From: Octopus sinensis
Taxonomy: Eukaryota
Assembly: GCF_006345805.1 (NCBI RefSeq)
Contig: NC_042997.1
Span: 101,184,001 to 101,248,000, forward strand
Length of the DNA stretch: 64,000 nt
Direction of reading: 5' to 3'
Shown: piece after piece, positions 1 through 13,419 of the stretch
Layout of the letters: each line of letters starts with the position of its first letter
Position numbering within the stretch: position 1 is the first letter of the stretch
Program-made: the position numbers and the translations under genes
Notes under the pieces: generated by a model
Databases searched by the model: none
The model's input: only the letters and a program-made list of their open reading frames with translations
Told to the model about the DNA's origin: nothing

Positions 1-13
1 ACCATTTAAGTCC

Positions 14-447
14 GCGATCAGACAGAATCGTTAGCACTTTGAGCAAAGCGTTGAGTGAGATTTCGTCCATGTTTACGTTCTATGTTCAAATTCCTCTAGA
101 GTCGACTGTCTTTCATATATCCGGGGACGATAAAATAAGTACTAGATGAGCATTGAGGTCAATGAAATCGACTATTACCTCCCTAAAATGTCAAGCTTAG
201 TGCCTATAGCAGAAGCAATTATGATTATTATTAAGATAGCGAGCTGACAGAACCGTTAGCAGGCCGGGCTAAACACTTATTTCTTTCGTCTTTACGCTGT
301 GAGCTCGAATTCTGTAGAAGTCGACTTTGCATTTCATCCTTTCGGGGTCGATAAAATAAGTACCAGTTGAGCATTAGGGCCAATGTAATTGACTTACCTC
401 CTCCCTCGAAATTGCTTGCCCTGTGCCAAAATTTGAAACCATTTTTA
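14..447 (+). mobile_element. Two tandem tRNA-derived SINE copies (tail types A and B)
   Basis: A-box-like gcgagctgacagaa, B-box-like gttcaaattcc/gctcgaattct, shared body gtcgactttgc...ggggtcgataaaataagtaccagttgagca, short att tails; the same unit recurs about 28 times in the window. Confidence 0.85.
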
Positions 448-749
448 TTAATGTTGTTGTCTGCAAGACAAAGCTGTCAACTAGGAGCTCGCAGATTATT
501 ACTAAATTTTGTTGTTTTATACCAGGTGCTAAGCTGTAGGCTATTGTGCCGTATCGTGCTGCATTCATCTCCACCCACTAGCGGCAGACGTTTGGCCTCA
601 GATTGGTTGTTATATCATCTTGTTGTAAAGTCAAGTAGCATTGTTTGAAGTGAGATAGCTTTCTGAAAGTTTTGCCTCCGAAGGGACGAACTTTGAAGTT
701 TTTAAAAGTAAAATTACATATTTTTCTAAAGAAAAAAAAAAAAGAAATG

Positions 750-1330
750 CAATATGGCATCGCAAATCCAGGGAGCAGCTGTTCCAACAGTCAATATGTT
801 ACCAATTTTCGACCACTACTTGTTAAGAGAGAATGCATGAATAACAATAACAATGTCGACAACAACGCCGACGAAAACCACATTTGAAAAGAAAAAGAAA
901 AACTGTAAATGAAATACTACTCCAGCCACCGATGTCACCATCTGTGTCAATTGAAACCAACAACTACAACAATACGCATGAAAAAAAAAAGAAAGAAAAG
1001 CTAAATTGTCAATTCAACACACCTGAAAATTCCACCTCTTCCATCTCCACTACTATAAATAGCAACACAAATGAAAATGAAGATACCGCGATTAAAATCT
1101 TCAAAGTTACTGGGTTCGCAAACGACTGGAGAAAGTAATTAAATAAATGTCTCAAGTATTAAAACATTCATACCTGAAGAGGTCTGGATGAAACGTAGAA
1201 GGTGCCCGTATGACACTGGATCTCCCAGTGTAATGGCCTGCAGATGGCTTTTAAGGGGTTTTCTAAGGGAGCCCAACAAAACAGAGTATGAGAACCGCTC
1301 GACCACAAACAATACCAGGAGGGTGAGTGA
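750..1330 (+). pseudogene. Possible ORF1 remnant of the downstream Tx1/L1-like LINE
   Basis: Broken low-complexity N/S/T/K-rich frames directly upstream of the ORF2 ATG at 1366; no diagnostic motif recognised, position only. Confidence 0.3.
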
Positions 1331-1365
1331 CACTCCCTTTTTCCTTTCCTTACTTCCTGGCCAGC

Positions 1366-2931
1366 ATGGTGGCTCTTAAAGTGGGTTGTATAAATGTATA
1401 CGGCCTGGAGTCATCGGGGAAGCAAGGACGATTGCGCAACGACCTCAAGTTGATAATTCTGGATGTAATAGCCTTAAGTGAGACCAATTCGCGGATATAC
1501 GGGCCTTGGCTCCCATTTTCGATGATTGAGATTTTCGCATCTCTTAGTCGACCGGGAGTGGGGATAGGGTGACAGTGTTGTTCAGAAAAGGCTTGGATCT
1601 CGAGATACAGTCGGTCTTCCTGGAACCGGAAGGTAAGTCGATGGTCCTGGACGTGAATGGTAACAAAGACAGTGCATTTAGACTGGTCGCAGTGTACTCA
1701 CCGACTGGAGCAGGACAGCCGGTGTTCTTCAGATGCCTAGAGGCCTTTCTAGGGATGTATCGCTTCTTAGTGGAACACCATTTTTAGATGCACGTATAGA
1801 TTAGGTGGGACAGGCGGATAGGAAAGGAGGAGTGCGTAAGCCTCGCAAACCTTCTCAGTCGTTTCCAGCTGGCGGACAGGTTCAGACTGGATTTCCCGAA
1901 TACTCCAGTGTGGACATGGGTTAACAGTGTCGGGTCATCCACATCTTATCTAGATAGGATATTTTGTAGGCCAGTAGATAGGAACTGCATAAATTGCATT
2001 GTCAGAGCTAGGGTGCGTGCTCTAAAGCAGGTGGGGACGAAAATCGTTCGATGGACCCGGGTTGCCAAAGCACAACATGATAATAAAACTACAATTCAGT
2101 CTTTGAGGGGTCGGGACGGATGCTTCACAAATCGTAGCAGATTTGTGCGGAATTTCGGCGGCACTTTGCTGAACTGTACGGGAATCGTGGTGGCCCGGTG
2201 GAAGAGGTGAACTTCACTTCCTACCTTGATGGTATGCCGCGGCTTTCGGTCATGGAGGCGGAGTTCTGCTAAATGCCAATAACAGCTGAAGATATACGTG
2301 ACGAGTTGGCTAGTTGCACGAAGGAGAGGTCTCCAGGATTGGATGGTCTGCCCTTCGAGCTTTATCTACTTATGCCAGATTCGTTTGGTGAGTTTTTGTG
2401 AGACGTCTATCGCAACTGGCAGCAGAATGGGAGAATACCCGGATCTGGGAGCCGAGGTGTGGTGACGCTACTGAGAAAGGATCCGAACAAGGAGGAGTAT
2501 TGTTGATAACTTTAGGCCCGTAACTCTGCTAAATACAGATTACAAAATTTTGGCCAAGTTTTTAACATTACCCACCAGTCTGTCGTTGACATACTGGTGG
2601 GTGATGCACAGACTTGCGCTATCCCCAGCAGAACTATATACGACAACCTCCACCTCACATCATAGTGAGGGCTGGCAAAGAACTTGGCATGGGTGAGGTC
2701 CTGATCCATTTGGATCAATCGAAATCTTTTAATAGGGATGACTATCTGTACGTGGAGGCTGTCCCCAAGGCGGCTGGTTTCGGTCCCGTTTTCAGAGGCT
2801 AGATCGCTGCAATGTGACATCCTTTCGGTGGTCAAAGTAAATGGCCACCTCTCGGAATCGTTTAAAATCGCACACTCGGTCCGTCAAGGATGCTCACTCT
2901 CACCCCTTCTCTACGTACTGGCACTCAAGCC

Positions 2932-2933
<2 letters not shown>
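1366..2933 (+). mobile_element. Degenerate Tx1/L1-clade LINE ORF2 (AP endonuclease + RT), 3'-truncated at an (ATT)n tract
   Basis: MVALKVGCINVYGL..DVIALSETN, GVTVLFRKGL..RLVAVYSP, SYLDRIF (APE); PGLDGLPFELY, DNFRPVTLLNTDYKILAK, LIHLDQSKSF, VRQGCSLSPLLYVLAL (RT); multiple frameshifts and stops. Confidence 0.85.
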
Positions 2934-4060
<1,127 letters not shown>

Positions 4061-4349
4061 AGTTCATAGCTTCTATTCAATAAGAATTTCAGCAAGTTTT
4101 TGAAACTTGTGAGGACTAAAATCCAAAAGCTCCACAACGTATTCGGATATCAGAAACTTGGATTTATGCAATGTGAACTGTTTAGACTAAAAGTCACCTC
4201 AGCGTTATCAACAATCAAACAAGTACCTCCTCTTGTCTTCGGCCCCAACTCCCGAGGGAGTACAAGGGGCGTCGTTTTAAGGCCTGGTGGAACCCAACAC
4301 TCTCAGGTCTGATCACAACCGATTTCCTCCTGAAAGAGCGAGCGTGTGT

Positions 4350-4467
4350 ACGAGAGGGAGAGAGGGAGAGAGGGGGAGTGAGAGAGAGAGAGAGTGAGTG
4401 AGAGAGGGAGAGAGAGAGTGTGAGTGAGAGAGAGAGGGAGAGAGAGAGGGAGAGAGGGAGAGAGAGA

Positions 4468-4510
<43 letters not shown>
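4350..4510. repeat. (GA)n/(GGA) polypurine tract
   Basis: Direct reading. Confidence 0.95.
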
Positions 4511-4513
<3 letters not shown>

Positions 4514-6539
4514 AATCAATCATTGCACGCACCCAGAAAGGACGGAAGGCAAAGTTGACAGCCATTATTTGAACTCAGAGCGCAAAGAACCAGAACGATT
4601 GCTGCAACAGAATCTATCCGGCATTCTATCGATCTTACTAATTGAGCAAGCAGAAATAAATAAAAACCCAGATTTCTCAATGGTTACAGCACTTCCCTTT
4701 TTTACTTTACTTCATTAAAAATGTCACTAGTTGGAAGTATTAAACATTCAAGCTCCAACACCTACAGCTTCTAATACATGTATATCCCTCAAAACTTCGA
4801 TTTTTTTAAAGTTATTAAATTTAGTAATTAACTTTTGGTTGCTCACTAAATGTTTTGGAGACTGTCAATTTTGAATTATGTACAGGGCGCGAGGTGGTTG
4901 GTTTCCATAAGTTTTTTGTTTGTTTCCTTTTCGAAATTAGATGGGAGAAGTGAAGAGGACATTCTTCCTTTGCTTATTTACTAACTAAGAAAGGAATAAG
5001 CAGTAAAAGTCACACTTTTACAAGTGGTGTAGCAAAAAGTGCAAACTGCAGCGTTCGTAGAGCAGACAACGTTACGTGACATAAACTTCTCGGCTGTGAA
5101 AGGAGGTCATATGAATGGGGACAGAAAGATAACATGCGGCTCTGATTGTGTGGCTGTTCTAAACAGCACTAACATTACAGCATTACTACGAGCAATAGTA
5201 TCAAAATTAATATCCTCTGAAGTAGAGAAAAAGTTAGTACAACAGCAACAGTCAGTAGCAGCAATAATAACAAGACAGTAAAAACTAAAGAAATTACGAG
5301 TGAAGTAGTAGTGATAATAGCATCACCATATCACTATCATTATCAGCAACATCATTAGCAGCTGAAAGAACAATTGTTACAACAATAATATATTAAAATA
5401 CGGTTACTACATCATCTTCGAAGTGTCCTCCGTGTTATGAAGGTTGTTAAATACACCGGCACTTAAATATGACAATGCGGAAGATTCGCTTGCTCGACTT
5501 ACCTGAAATAACTGACAAATATCTATCAATTTACGGTTCTAGTATCTTTTTTTAAAAAAAGCCCACACTAAACAATGTAGTCTTAGATGTACAATATCGT
5601 GGCTGGAGTGCCTCTGATCATTTAACTATTCAATCAGGGTTCATTAAGGGATCGACTTGGACAACTGACGCTTCAAATTATGAAGACAGTTTGTAAAGAG
5701 GAAAGAAGTATAACGTTTTTGAATGTTATAGGAAAGAAGTATAACGTTTTTGAATGTTAAGTATGTGTCCAGTTCCTAAAACGCCTCACTGATAATAAAA
5801 CATATTGACAATCATTCTCCTACTTTTATAAATGGACTGTAAGCGCAACGTGGCTGGTGGGGAAACAAGAGCGAGACAAAGAAAATATTTTGATGCTAGA
5901 AGGAAGGGAATTAAATGACTTCTCAAAGCAAACATAAAAAGAAAAATTTGCTGATATAAGCAATATCAGCAGTCTAGAGAAGAATCAAGCAAATCTTGAA
6001 AGGTAACAAAGTACTTTGAATTGACAAAACCATCTCCACGCTTATGTTCTATCGAGAATCTAAAACATCTAAGCCGGAATCAAAGTCGCTGTCTCCCAAT
6101 TCTAAATACAATTTTGCCGCAGGTTCGAGTGTTTATAGCCTGGTGATCTTAGTTAACTTAACCTAACGTGAGTTCTAAGCGTGTTTAAATTGCAAGTTGG
6201 TCAAGTCCGCTATTGAATATCTGTCAGATAAACTCAGTTAAGCTAGCTGGCAATACTGATAATTGGTTTATACAGAACTACCGCTGCGTAGGTAAATTAA
6301 TGTGAAACATATTTAACACGAGGAGCTTCAGTAGGTTAATTATGCGGCGAAGAAAAGACATTCATTATCCATTGAATAAAATGGTTACAACTCTTTCGGT
6401 AAATATGGGAATTAACTTGAGACATATTCGAGTATTATTGTATACTCGTAAACGAAACGTTGAATAACACTTGAACGAAAAAGTTATTACATTATTTAGT
6501 AAACCGTTACATTTATTTATGGTTTAACCAAGAGAAAAA

Positions 6540-7460
6540 AGGCAGTCTCCTCCGTTATTGGTAATATTGATTCAATTAAGGTTCTTATTGGACTTCTTGA
6601 GATAAAACGCAAACAGGAAAATAATTCCAGAGGGTTGACGTTCTAAGGAGGAAGAATTAAGAGAAAGGGCTAGTGCAAGGTCCCTGTGGGGAACTACAGT
6701 AAGAGATAGAAGTCATAGACGAGGTGGTGGGGCGCATGTTCCGAATGATCTTAGAAGTAAGTACGCGGAGATAGTATACAACTAGTTAGTTAAGAGGATG
6801 GGTGGGGGCGGCTGTGAGAGTATCGCCACAAAGATTAGAATGAGAAGGCAGCTCGTCTCTAAACCAGAGATTTCGCGTTAGTGGGTAAGTCTTTGCTATG
6901 ACCCTGCTGGATGATATTTTCCTAGTATCTGACCATGGGGGCAGTTCTTGGTGTTAAGAATATGTTTTTATTGCTGTTTAGCGTACGGTCATCCTATAAT
7001 CAAAAACATTCCATCCATGGTATCTCATTGTTTTTTTTTCCTGAGTACATTAAAACCAGGACCAAGTTATCTAAGGTATTTTTTTCTTGAACATTAAGAT
7101 GGGATTTGGTTAGTATTTCTATGAGGTTGTGTAATTATGTTGAGCTCCCTCGTTGGCTCGTTAAATTGCCTGTAGATGACGTACATCTGTGTGGAAAAGG
7201 TGAAGTAGGATTGAGGATTGGATTTTATCTAATTAGGAATGAGCGTTATTAGAGGTGGCAGCAAGCATGCCGTTAATTTACAAGAGGAAGAACGTTGGTG
7301 AGCGTGAAGGATATTACTGAACCTCGTATGGCTGTGCGATCTGAAGTTTCATATTTAAAAAGAATGAGAGGAAGATGGAACCAATAGACGGGCAGTTTAG
7401 TATAAGAGTTATCGTGAAAAGCTTTGCTGAAGTCCAGTGCAACGACATTTCTACTATTGA
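6540..7460 (-). mobile_element. Highly degenerate CR1/Jockey-like LINE RT and C-terminal remnant, probably interrupted by another short repeat at ~6950-7150
   Basis: Minus-strand translations VVALDFSKAF (~7440-7410), CAPPP and FFLLRTSTLWNYFP (~6650-6610), similar to the conserved SF..RT..LWN.LP C-terminus. Confidence 0.55.
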
Positions 7461-7625
7461 AATGATTAATGCAAAGTAGGACTGTGGACTAATTACTTTT
7501 CAATACTTAGCACCATATCCAGCTTTCTGTGGTCGAATCCGACAGAAAAAAAAATTATACATTTTCTCCTCCGAGTTCAATGAAATAATTAACGGTTAAG
7601 TACTAAGATCAATTAATTAGTTTCA

Positions 7626-7661
7626 CTTCAGTGGTATAGAAATAATAACAACAACAACAAC

Positions 7662-7731
<70 letters not shown>

Positions 7732-7766
7732 TTAATAATAATAATAATATTAATAATAATAATAAT

Positions 7767-7797
<31 letters not shown>

Positions 7798-7803
7798 ATA
7801 ATA
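7626..7803. repeat. (AAT)n microsatellite
   Basis: Direct reading. Confidence 0.95.
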
Positions 7804-8210
7804 ACCCTTTCTACTAAAAGCACAAATTAGGCGGGAAGGGACTAGTCGATTATATCGACCCCAGTGTTTCACTGGTACTTAATTTATCGACCCCGAAAGA
7901 ATGAAAGGCAAAGTCGACCTCGGAGGAATTTGAACTCTGATGGTAGTGGCAGATGAAATATCGGTAAGCATTTCGTCCGGCGTGTTTACGATTCTGCCAG
8001 AATAATAATGATTTCAAATTTTGGCACAAGGCCAGCATTTGAGAAATAGGGGTAGGTTGATTGCATCAACCTCAGTGCTCAACTGGTACTTATTTTATCG
8101 ACCCCGAAAGGATGAGAGGCAAAGTTGACTTCAGTAGAATTTGAACTCAGAACGTAAAGACGGACGAAATGCCGCTAAGTATTTTGTCCGGCATGCTAAC
8201 TATTCTGCAG
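7804..8210 (-). mobile_element. Two stacked tRNA-derived SINEs (tail A, tail B)
   Basis: Reverse complement of SINE consensus: gaaaggcaaagtcgacctcgg..gaatttgaactc..gaaat..gctaagcattt. Confidence 0.85.
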
Positions 8211-8429
8211 CAATTGTACAAATGAAGCACTACACGTGTGTAAAATTACTTTATGATATTTACTTGTTCTTGATGGGATGAAATTAAGAATCGAACCTGG
8301 TAAAGATTTAATATTTGAAGGTCAAGCGTTAAAACTAGATACCGTAAAGCATCTGATCCAGCGTGCCATCGTATTTGCAATTCATTTGCCTTATATATTA
8401 TACTGACTGAAAGGTCGCGTGATGAGATA

Positions 8430-9090
8430 CAAGCGTTGGAATCGTCCTTGCAGTAGCTTGCTGTTAATTATTATAAAAACTAGATATGAAAGGAAAAGTT
8501 CACCCCAACAGATCTTAAATGGTAAAAGAGGACATAAATAAATCATTTAAGGCAACCTACATGTTTATTTAATGTATGTTCAACTCAGACGGGATCTGAA
8601 CATCGAACGTAGTAAATAGAGGGAAACAGATATCGACGAATGTCAAAATGTCTGAGATGACGTGATACTATGGTTAGACAGAATTGGTAGAACGTTGGCC
8701 CAAATGCTTAGTGGTATTTAGCTGCGCCCATACATGGTATGAGTTCAATTCTCGCTGAGGTTAACTTCCAACTTTTATCTTTATGGGGGTCAATAAGATC
8801 AAATACTAACTCACTTACTTCAAAGTAAGCAATGCATTTTGTTCGACGCTCTAACGATTCTGTCAATCCACTGATGCTGGACATGAGAGGATAGGCAGAA
8901 GCAATTAATATAAGTACAATTTTTTTGTCGTTGTTGTTCAGACAGAGTATAATCGATAATATCGAACCCAACACTTGATTGTATTTATTTTATTAGCTTC
9001 GAAAAGGATGAAAGGCAAAGACAATCGCATAGGAATTTGAACTTAAAAACGTAAAGGGACGTAACAAAATACGGCATGTCAATTTGTCCT
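8430..9090. mobile_element. Three old, degenerate tRNA-SINE copies (-,+,-)
   Basis: Partial matches gaaaggaaaagtt, cccaaatgcttagtggtattt..gagttcaattct, ggatgaaaggcaaag..ggaatttgaac. Confidence 0.55.
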
Positions 9091-9944
9091 CGACAATATA
9101 AAATGGGGAAATAAACCCACGAGATTAGCAGTAAGCAAAACATCAAACTAAAATATCTCTCAAACTATAACATGTTTCAAAGTAGGAACATTCATTTCTG
9201 ATAAACAGTCACGCCGCTGTCAACGTGACTTAAACTAGAACAACTCCTTCCTGCTCAGCTGTAATTTATCTTATAAAATATTATAGCATTCTAACGCTTT
9301 ATTTACCATTCTCTTTCCTTTGCTGGCAGCTTTTTTTTTTTCCTTCGTCTCCTACTTCCCACCTGTATTTATTCCTCCTCTCATCTGTCTCTTAGCTTTG
9401 TTTCTCTCTCTTCCCTTCTCTCTCCCTTCCTCCCTCTCTCTCTCTCTCCTCCCTCCCCCTCTCTCTTTCTTGCTTTACCCTCTACACTGCCTAATCTTCC
9501 CCCTCTTTTAGTTCTTTAAGCTTTTTGAAATCTCACTTCCCCTGACTCTATTTTCTACTCTTTCACTCCTTTCTCTCAATCCCTCCTACTCCTCTCTCTC
9601 TCGCCCCCCTCTCTCTCTTTCTCTTCTACTTTCATCTATCTCCTCCTTACCTCATTTTCGGCTCTTTTTCTTTCTTGCTTTTTGCTTATGCTCCTCCCTT
9701 TCTCTTCCCTCTCTCTCTCTCTCTTCCGACGTTTACTTTCTTTCTCTCTCATTATCATGCATGTCCCAATACAATGTTTATATATTTCAACAGTTGCTAA
9801 CAGACGCACAAAGAAATTAAACACAATTGATTGAATAGCTCCCAGCTTATTGTATTTATTTTATCGACCCCGACGGTATGACAAGTAAGCCGCCAGTCCG
9901 AAAACAGTCTTTGTTGATGCAGTAGTGCTAAAAAACAAAACATA

Positions 9945-10010
9945 CATACATACATACATACATACATACATACATACATACATACGCACATACATACATA
10001 CATACATACA

Positions 10011-10043
<33 letters not shown>

Positions 10044-10235
10044 GTATACATACTGAAAAGTAGCTAGGCAGATTTGCAGACAGAGAGACAAGCAAATAGA
10101 CACAGAGGTAGATAGACAGATAGAACGGCATAGAGTGAGATATAGATAGATGTATAGATAGATAGACATATAGGTAGAAGATAAATAACTAGACAGACAG
10201 ACAGACAGACAGATAGATAGATAGATAGATAGATC

Positions 10236-10301
<66 letters not shown>

Positions 10302-10460
10302 CGATAAACCTGTCTGAGATACATACATATGTGCATACGTACATAGCAACATGCATATATACATATATACATGCATGCATAAATGCATGTATGCATGCAT
10401 ATATATACGTATAAGCATACATACATGTATAAATATATAAATACATGCATATATGCATAC
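9945..10460. repeat. Compound (CATA)n/(GATA)n/(GACA)n microsatellite block
   Basis: Direct reading; source of the YVCM/LSIY pseudo-ORFs. Confidence 0.95.
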
Positions 10461-10639
10461 ATAACGGGGGGCAATTGTCGAAAGACAAAACCAAAGAATT
10501 TTTTTATGCGTATACGTCGACACGTGTAATGAATTTAGGACGAACAGTGCAAGTAACATAAGCTGCTAAGAATGCATCATTGTGAACGTGTGAATCTGTG
10601 CATGTGTGTGTGTGTGTGGTGGGGTGAACAATTACATCA

Positions 10640-10766
10640 ACTCCAGCACATATTTTATTGTCCCCAAAAGGATGAAAGGCAAAGTTCAACCCAGTGGTAT
10701 TATGAACTCAGAACGTATAGATGAACGAAATGCCGCTAAGCATTTTGCCTGTGTTAGCTAGCCGCC

Positions 10767-10819
<53 letters not shown>

Positions 10820-11025
10820 CTTTTCTACTATTGGCACAAGGCCTGAAATTTTGGAAGAGGGGGCAAGTCGATTACATCGTCCCCAGTACTCAACTGATAC
10901 TTAATTTATCGACCCCGAAAGGATGAAAGCAAAGTCGACCTCGGCGGAATTTGGACTCAGAACGTAAAGACAGACGAAATACCGCTATGCATTTCGCGTG
11001 CTAACGATTCTGCCAGCTCGCCGTC

Positions 11026-11088
<63 letters not shown>

Positions 11089-11136
11089 GTAATAATAATA
11101 ATAATAATAATAATAGTAATAATAATAATAATAATA

Positions 11137-11200
<64 letters not shown>

Positions 11201-11400
11201 AAGTTTCAAATTTTGCCACAAGGGCAGCAATTTTGAGGGAGAGGATGAGTCGATTGCATTGACTCAAGTGTTCAACCTATTATATCGACCCCGAAAGGAT
11301 GAAAAGCAAAGTCAACCTCGGCGGAATTTGAATTCAGAACGTAGCGGCAGACGAAATACCACTAAGCATTTCGCCCGGCGTGCTAACAATTCTGCTAGAA
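10640..11400 (-). mobile_element. Three same-strand tRNA-SINEs separated by (AAT)n tracts
   Basis: Copies at ~10640-10770, 10820-11027 and 11198-11400; spacers 10770-10820 and 11028-11198 are (AAT)n. Confidence 0.9.
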
Positions 11401-11569
11401 GGGGAGAGTCTTGCTGGCACGAACAATTATCAGTCTTCGATAAGTGGACATAATTCATTTTAAAGACGTTTCTGTTCTTTATATGTGGTATTTTTCATTT
11501 ATGTGCTTTGTAGTTATAGGCTTCAAACGATTTATGTTTCAGACTTGATTATTGTATTTGTAATAATAA

Positions 11570-11765
11570 ACATATCTTTTATCTTTTACTTGTTTCAGTC
11601 ATTAGACTATGGCCATGTTGGGACTTAAACATACCAACACCCATTGTCAAGCGGTGAAGGGGGACAAACACGGAGGCATATGCACACACATACACACACA
11701 GATATATATATATATATATGTATATATATACGATGGGCTTCTTTCAGTTTCCATCTACCAACTAT
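11570..11765 (-). mobile_element. Partial CORE-like SINE (same family as 53729-54129)
   Basis: cttttacttgtttcagtcatt, ggggacaaacac and cgatgggcttctttcagtttccatctacca are reverse complements of parts of the 53.7-kb copy. Confidence 0.7.
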
Positions 11766-13419
11766 GTCCACCCCAAACACTCGTCTCACCTTTTAACTGT
11801 CACATTATCACATTTTCTCTGACTGGCCTTTCAAAATCTTCATCAAGAAACTCGGGGCAATTTTTTGAAGACAATATCCAAAGTTTTTAGTGTAAACACG
11901 TGAAAACCTATAGTGAGTATGAGCCAACGGTGAGATTGATATTAGTTTTACAAGTACTTTCGTTTGAAAAGAATAATCCAACCATCTTCGTTGGTATGCT
12001 TATATTGGTTTGTTTTCTAATGAGTCTATTATTTTAACAAGAACTATGTGTAAAAAATTTATGCATGAGCTGAGAAATTGAGGCTGTGGTTGATTTTTCT
12101 TTACTAATTCGCTTATCAAGTTAATTCAAAAGCTAATTCATCAAGTTAATTGACACGTTCCGCATGAATGTTACTATTAGAATGCTTCAAAATTTATATA
12201 AAGGAGTGTACTTCATGGCGATACTTATTCTATATACGACTCATATATGTTCTAGTTTGAATAGCGTCACCTTATAATGGAATTATAGTCACGTTTTGAG
12301 CAACGGTTGTTTCATTAGCTTAGCCAACGCGAATTCGTCTTTCTAATGGTGGTTGCTTTTAAAGTTTTCAAGACATTTTTGTCATTTATAATGGTTTTTC
12401 AATATATACACAAATTTACATCTGCGACCGAAAAGCAGACATGTTGCTCAATTATATATATACACACAGATAAGAAAAGAAATGGAGCAACAATTAACAA
12501 TTAGAAGTTGATCATTGATACTAAATGGTCATAGTTTAATTATAGTTAAAATAACATTTACAGCTGTTTGAGTTTGTTATTTTTTAGGTAAATTTGCATT
12601 TATTTCGTACCATGTAACAAACATCATCAGAATGATTTAGAGTTTATCGGAGGAAGATAGACAGGATTGTATAAATTAATCTATCAATGACTATGTGGCA
12701 GCTGGTTTGGCAACATCTATAATCTCTGTCGTTTTTTTCCTAACCATTGTAAAGATTGTTTTCTTCACTGCCTAGGTTAAGATATTAAATTTTCTGTGAA
12801 AGACGAGTATGACCGACTGAACTAACACTAATTAATGATATTTATTTTATCACACTCATAGGATAAAAGTCAAGTCTTTCGTGGTGAAATTTAAACATAG
12901 AATATTGAACTATTGATCTAGGCGAAGTAAAAGGATCGAGGTCTGTTTTCTCAATTATCACAGTAGACAAAATTTATAACTTCAGGATTTTGACAGGGCA
13001 ATAAAAATACCAAGTTAATTTCATTTTTCCTGAACATTCAAATCTCTCATAAAATTATATTTTGCTTTCTACTTTTGCTTTCAAGTCACTACTATATTAA
13101 AAGACATGATATAATATCGGAATAAATTCGACGCTACATTTAAATATTTTTTATCATAATTCTCTTTTCTACAAATTCTTCAGAATAACTCTACTTACAT
13201 TATCCATACTCTAAGTTCAGTTAAAAAATTATTTATTTTTCATTCGATCATTCTATTTTTCGTACAGCCCCACTCCTAGTTAGTAGTTTCCTGAACATAA
13301 GCTTCAGTATATTTTAACATCTTCAGGTCTTTAGTTTATTTCGTACATAATTCATACGAGTAAATTGACCTCTTCCTGTTATAAAACTCTATGCGTTGCT
13401 ATATAATCAGTATTCCTTA

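Noticed and set aside
228-320. tRNA gene
   Set aside because: SINE heads have A/B boxes but an aberrant extended arm, are diverged and continue into the SINE body; no canonical cloverleaf.
1170-1200. CUGAAGA...GAAACGUA hammerhead-like match
   Set aside because: Stems I and II cannot form; a chance match within putative ORF1.
5700-5759. 31-bp tandem duplication (and a 21-bp one at ~14943-14978)
   Set aside because: Ordinary local slippage duplications with no further structure.
9797-11267. Many long ORFs in the supplied track (YVCM, LSIY, poly-N/I/L, HT, poly-S/D), here and at 26.5-27.8, 33.9, 48-49.5 and 53-57 kb
   Set aside because: They are translations of stop-free microsatellites, not genes.
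12641-12775. Transmembrane-like peptide SINDYVAAGLATSIISVVFFLTIVKIVFFTA
   Set aside because: In-frame stop upstream, no clear splice or start context, and T-rich DNA readily yields hydrophobic peptides.
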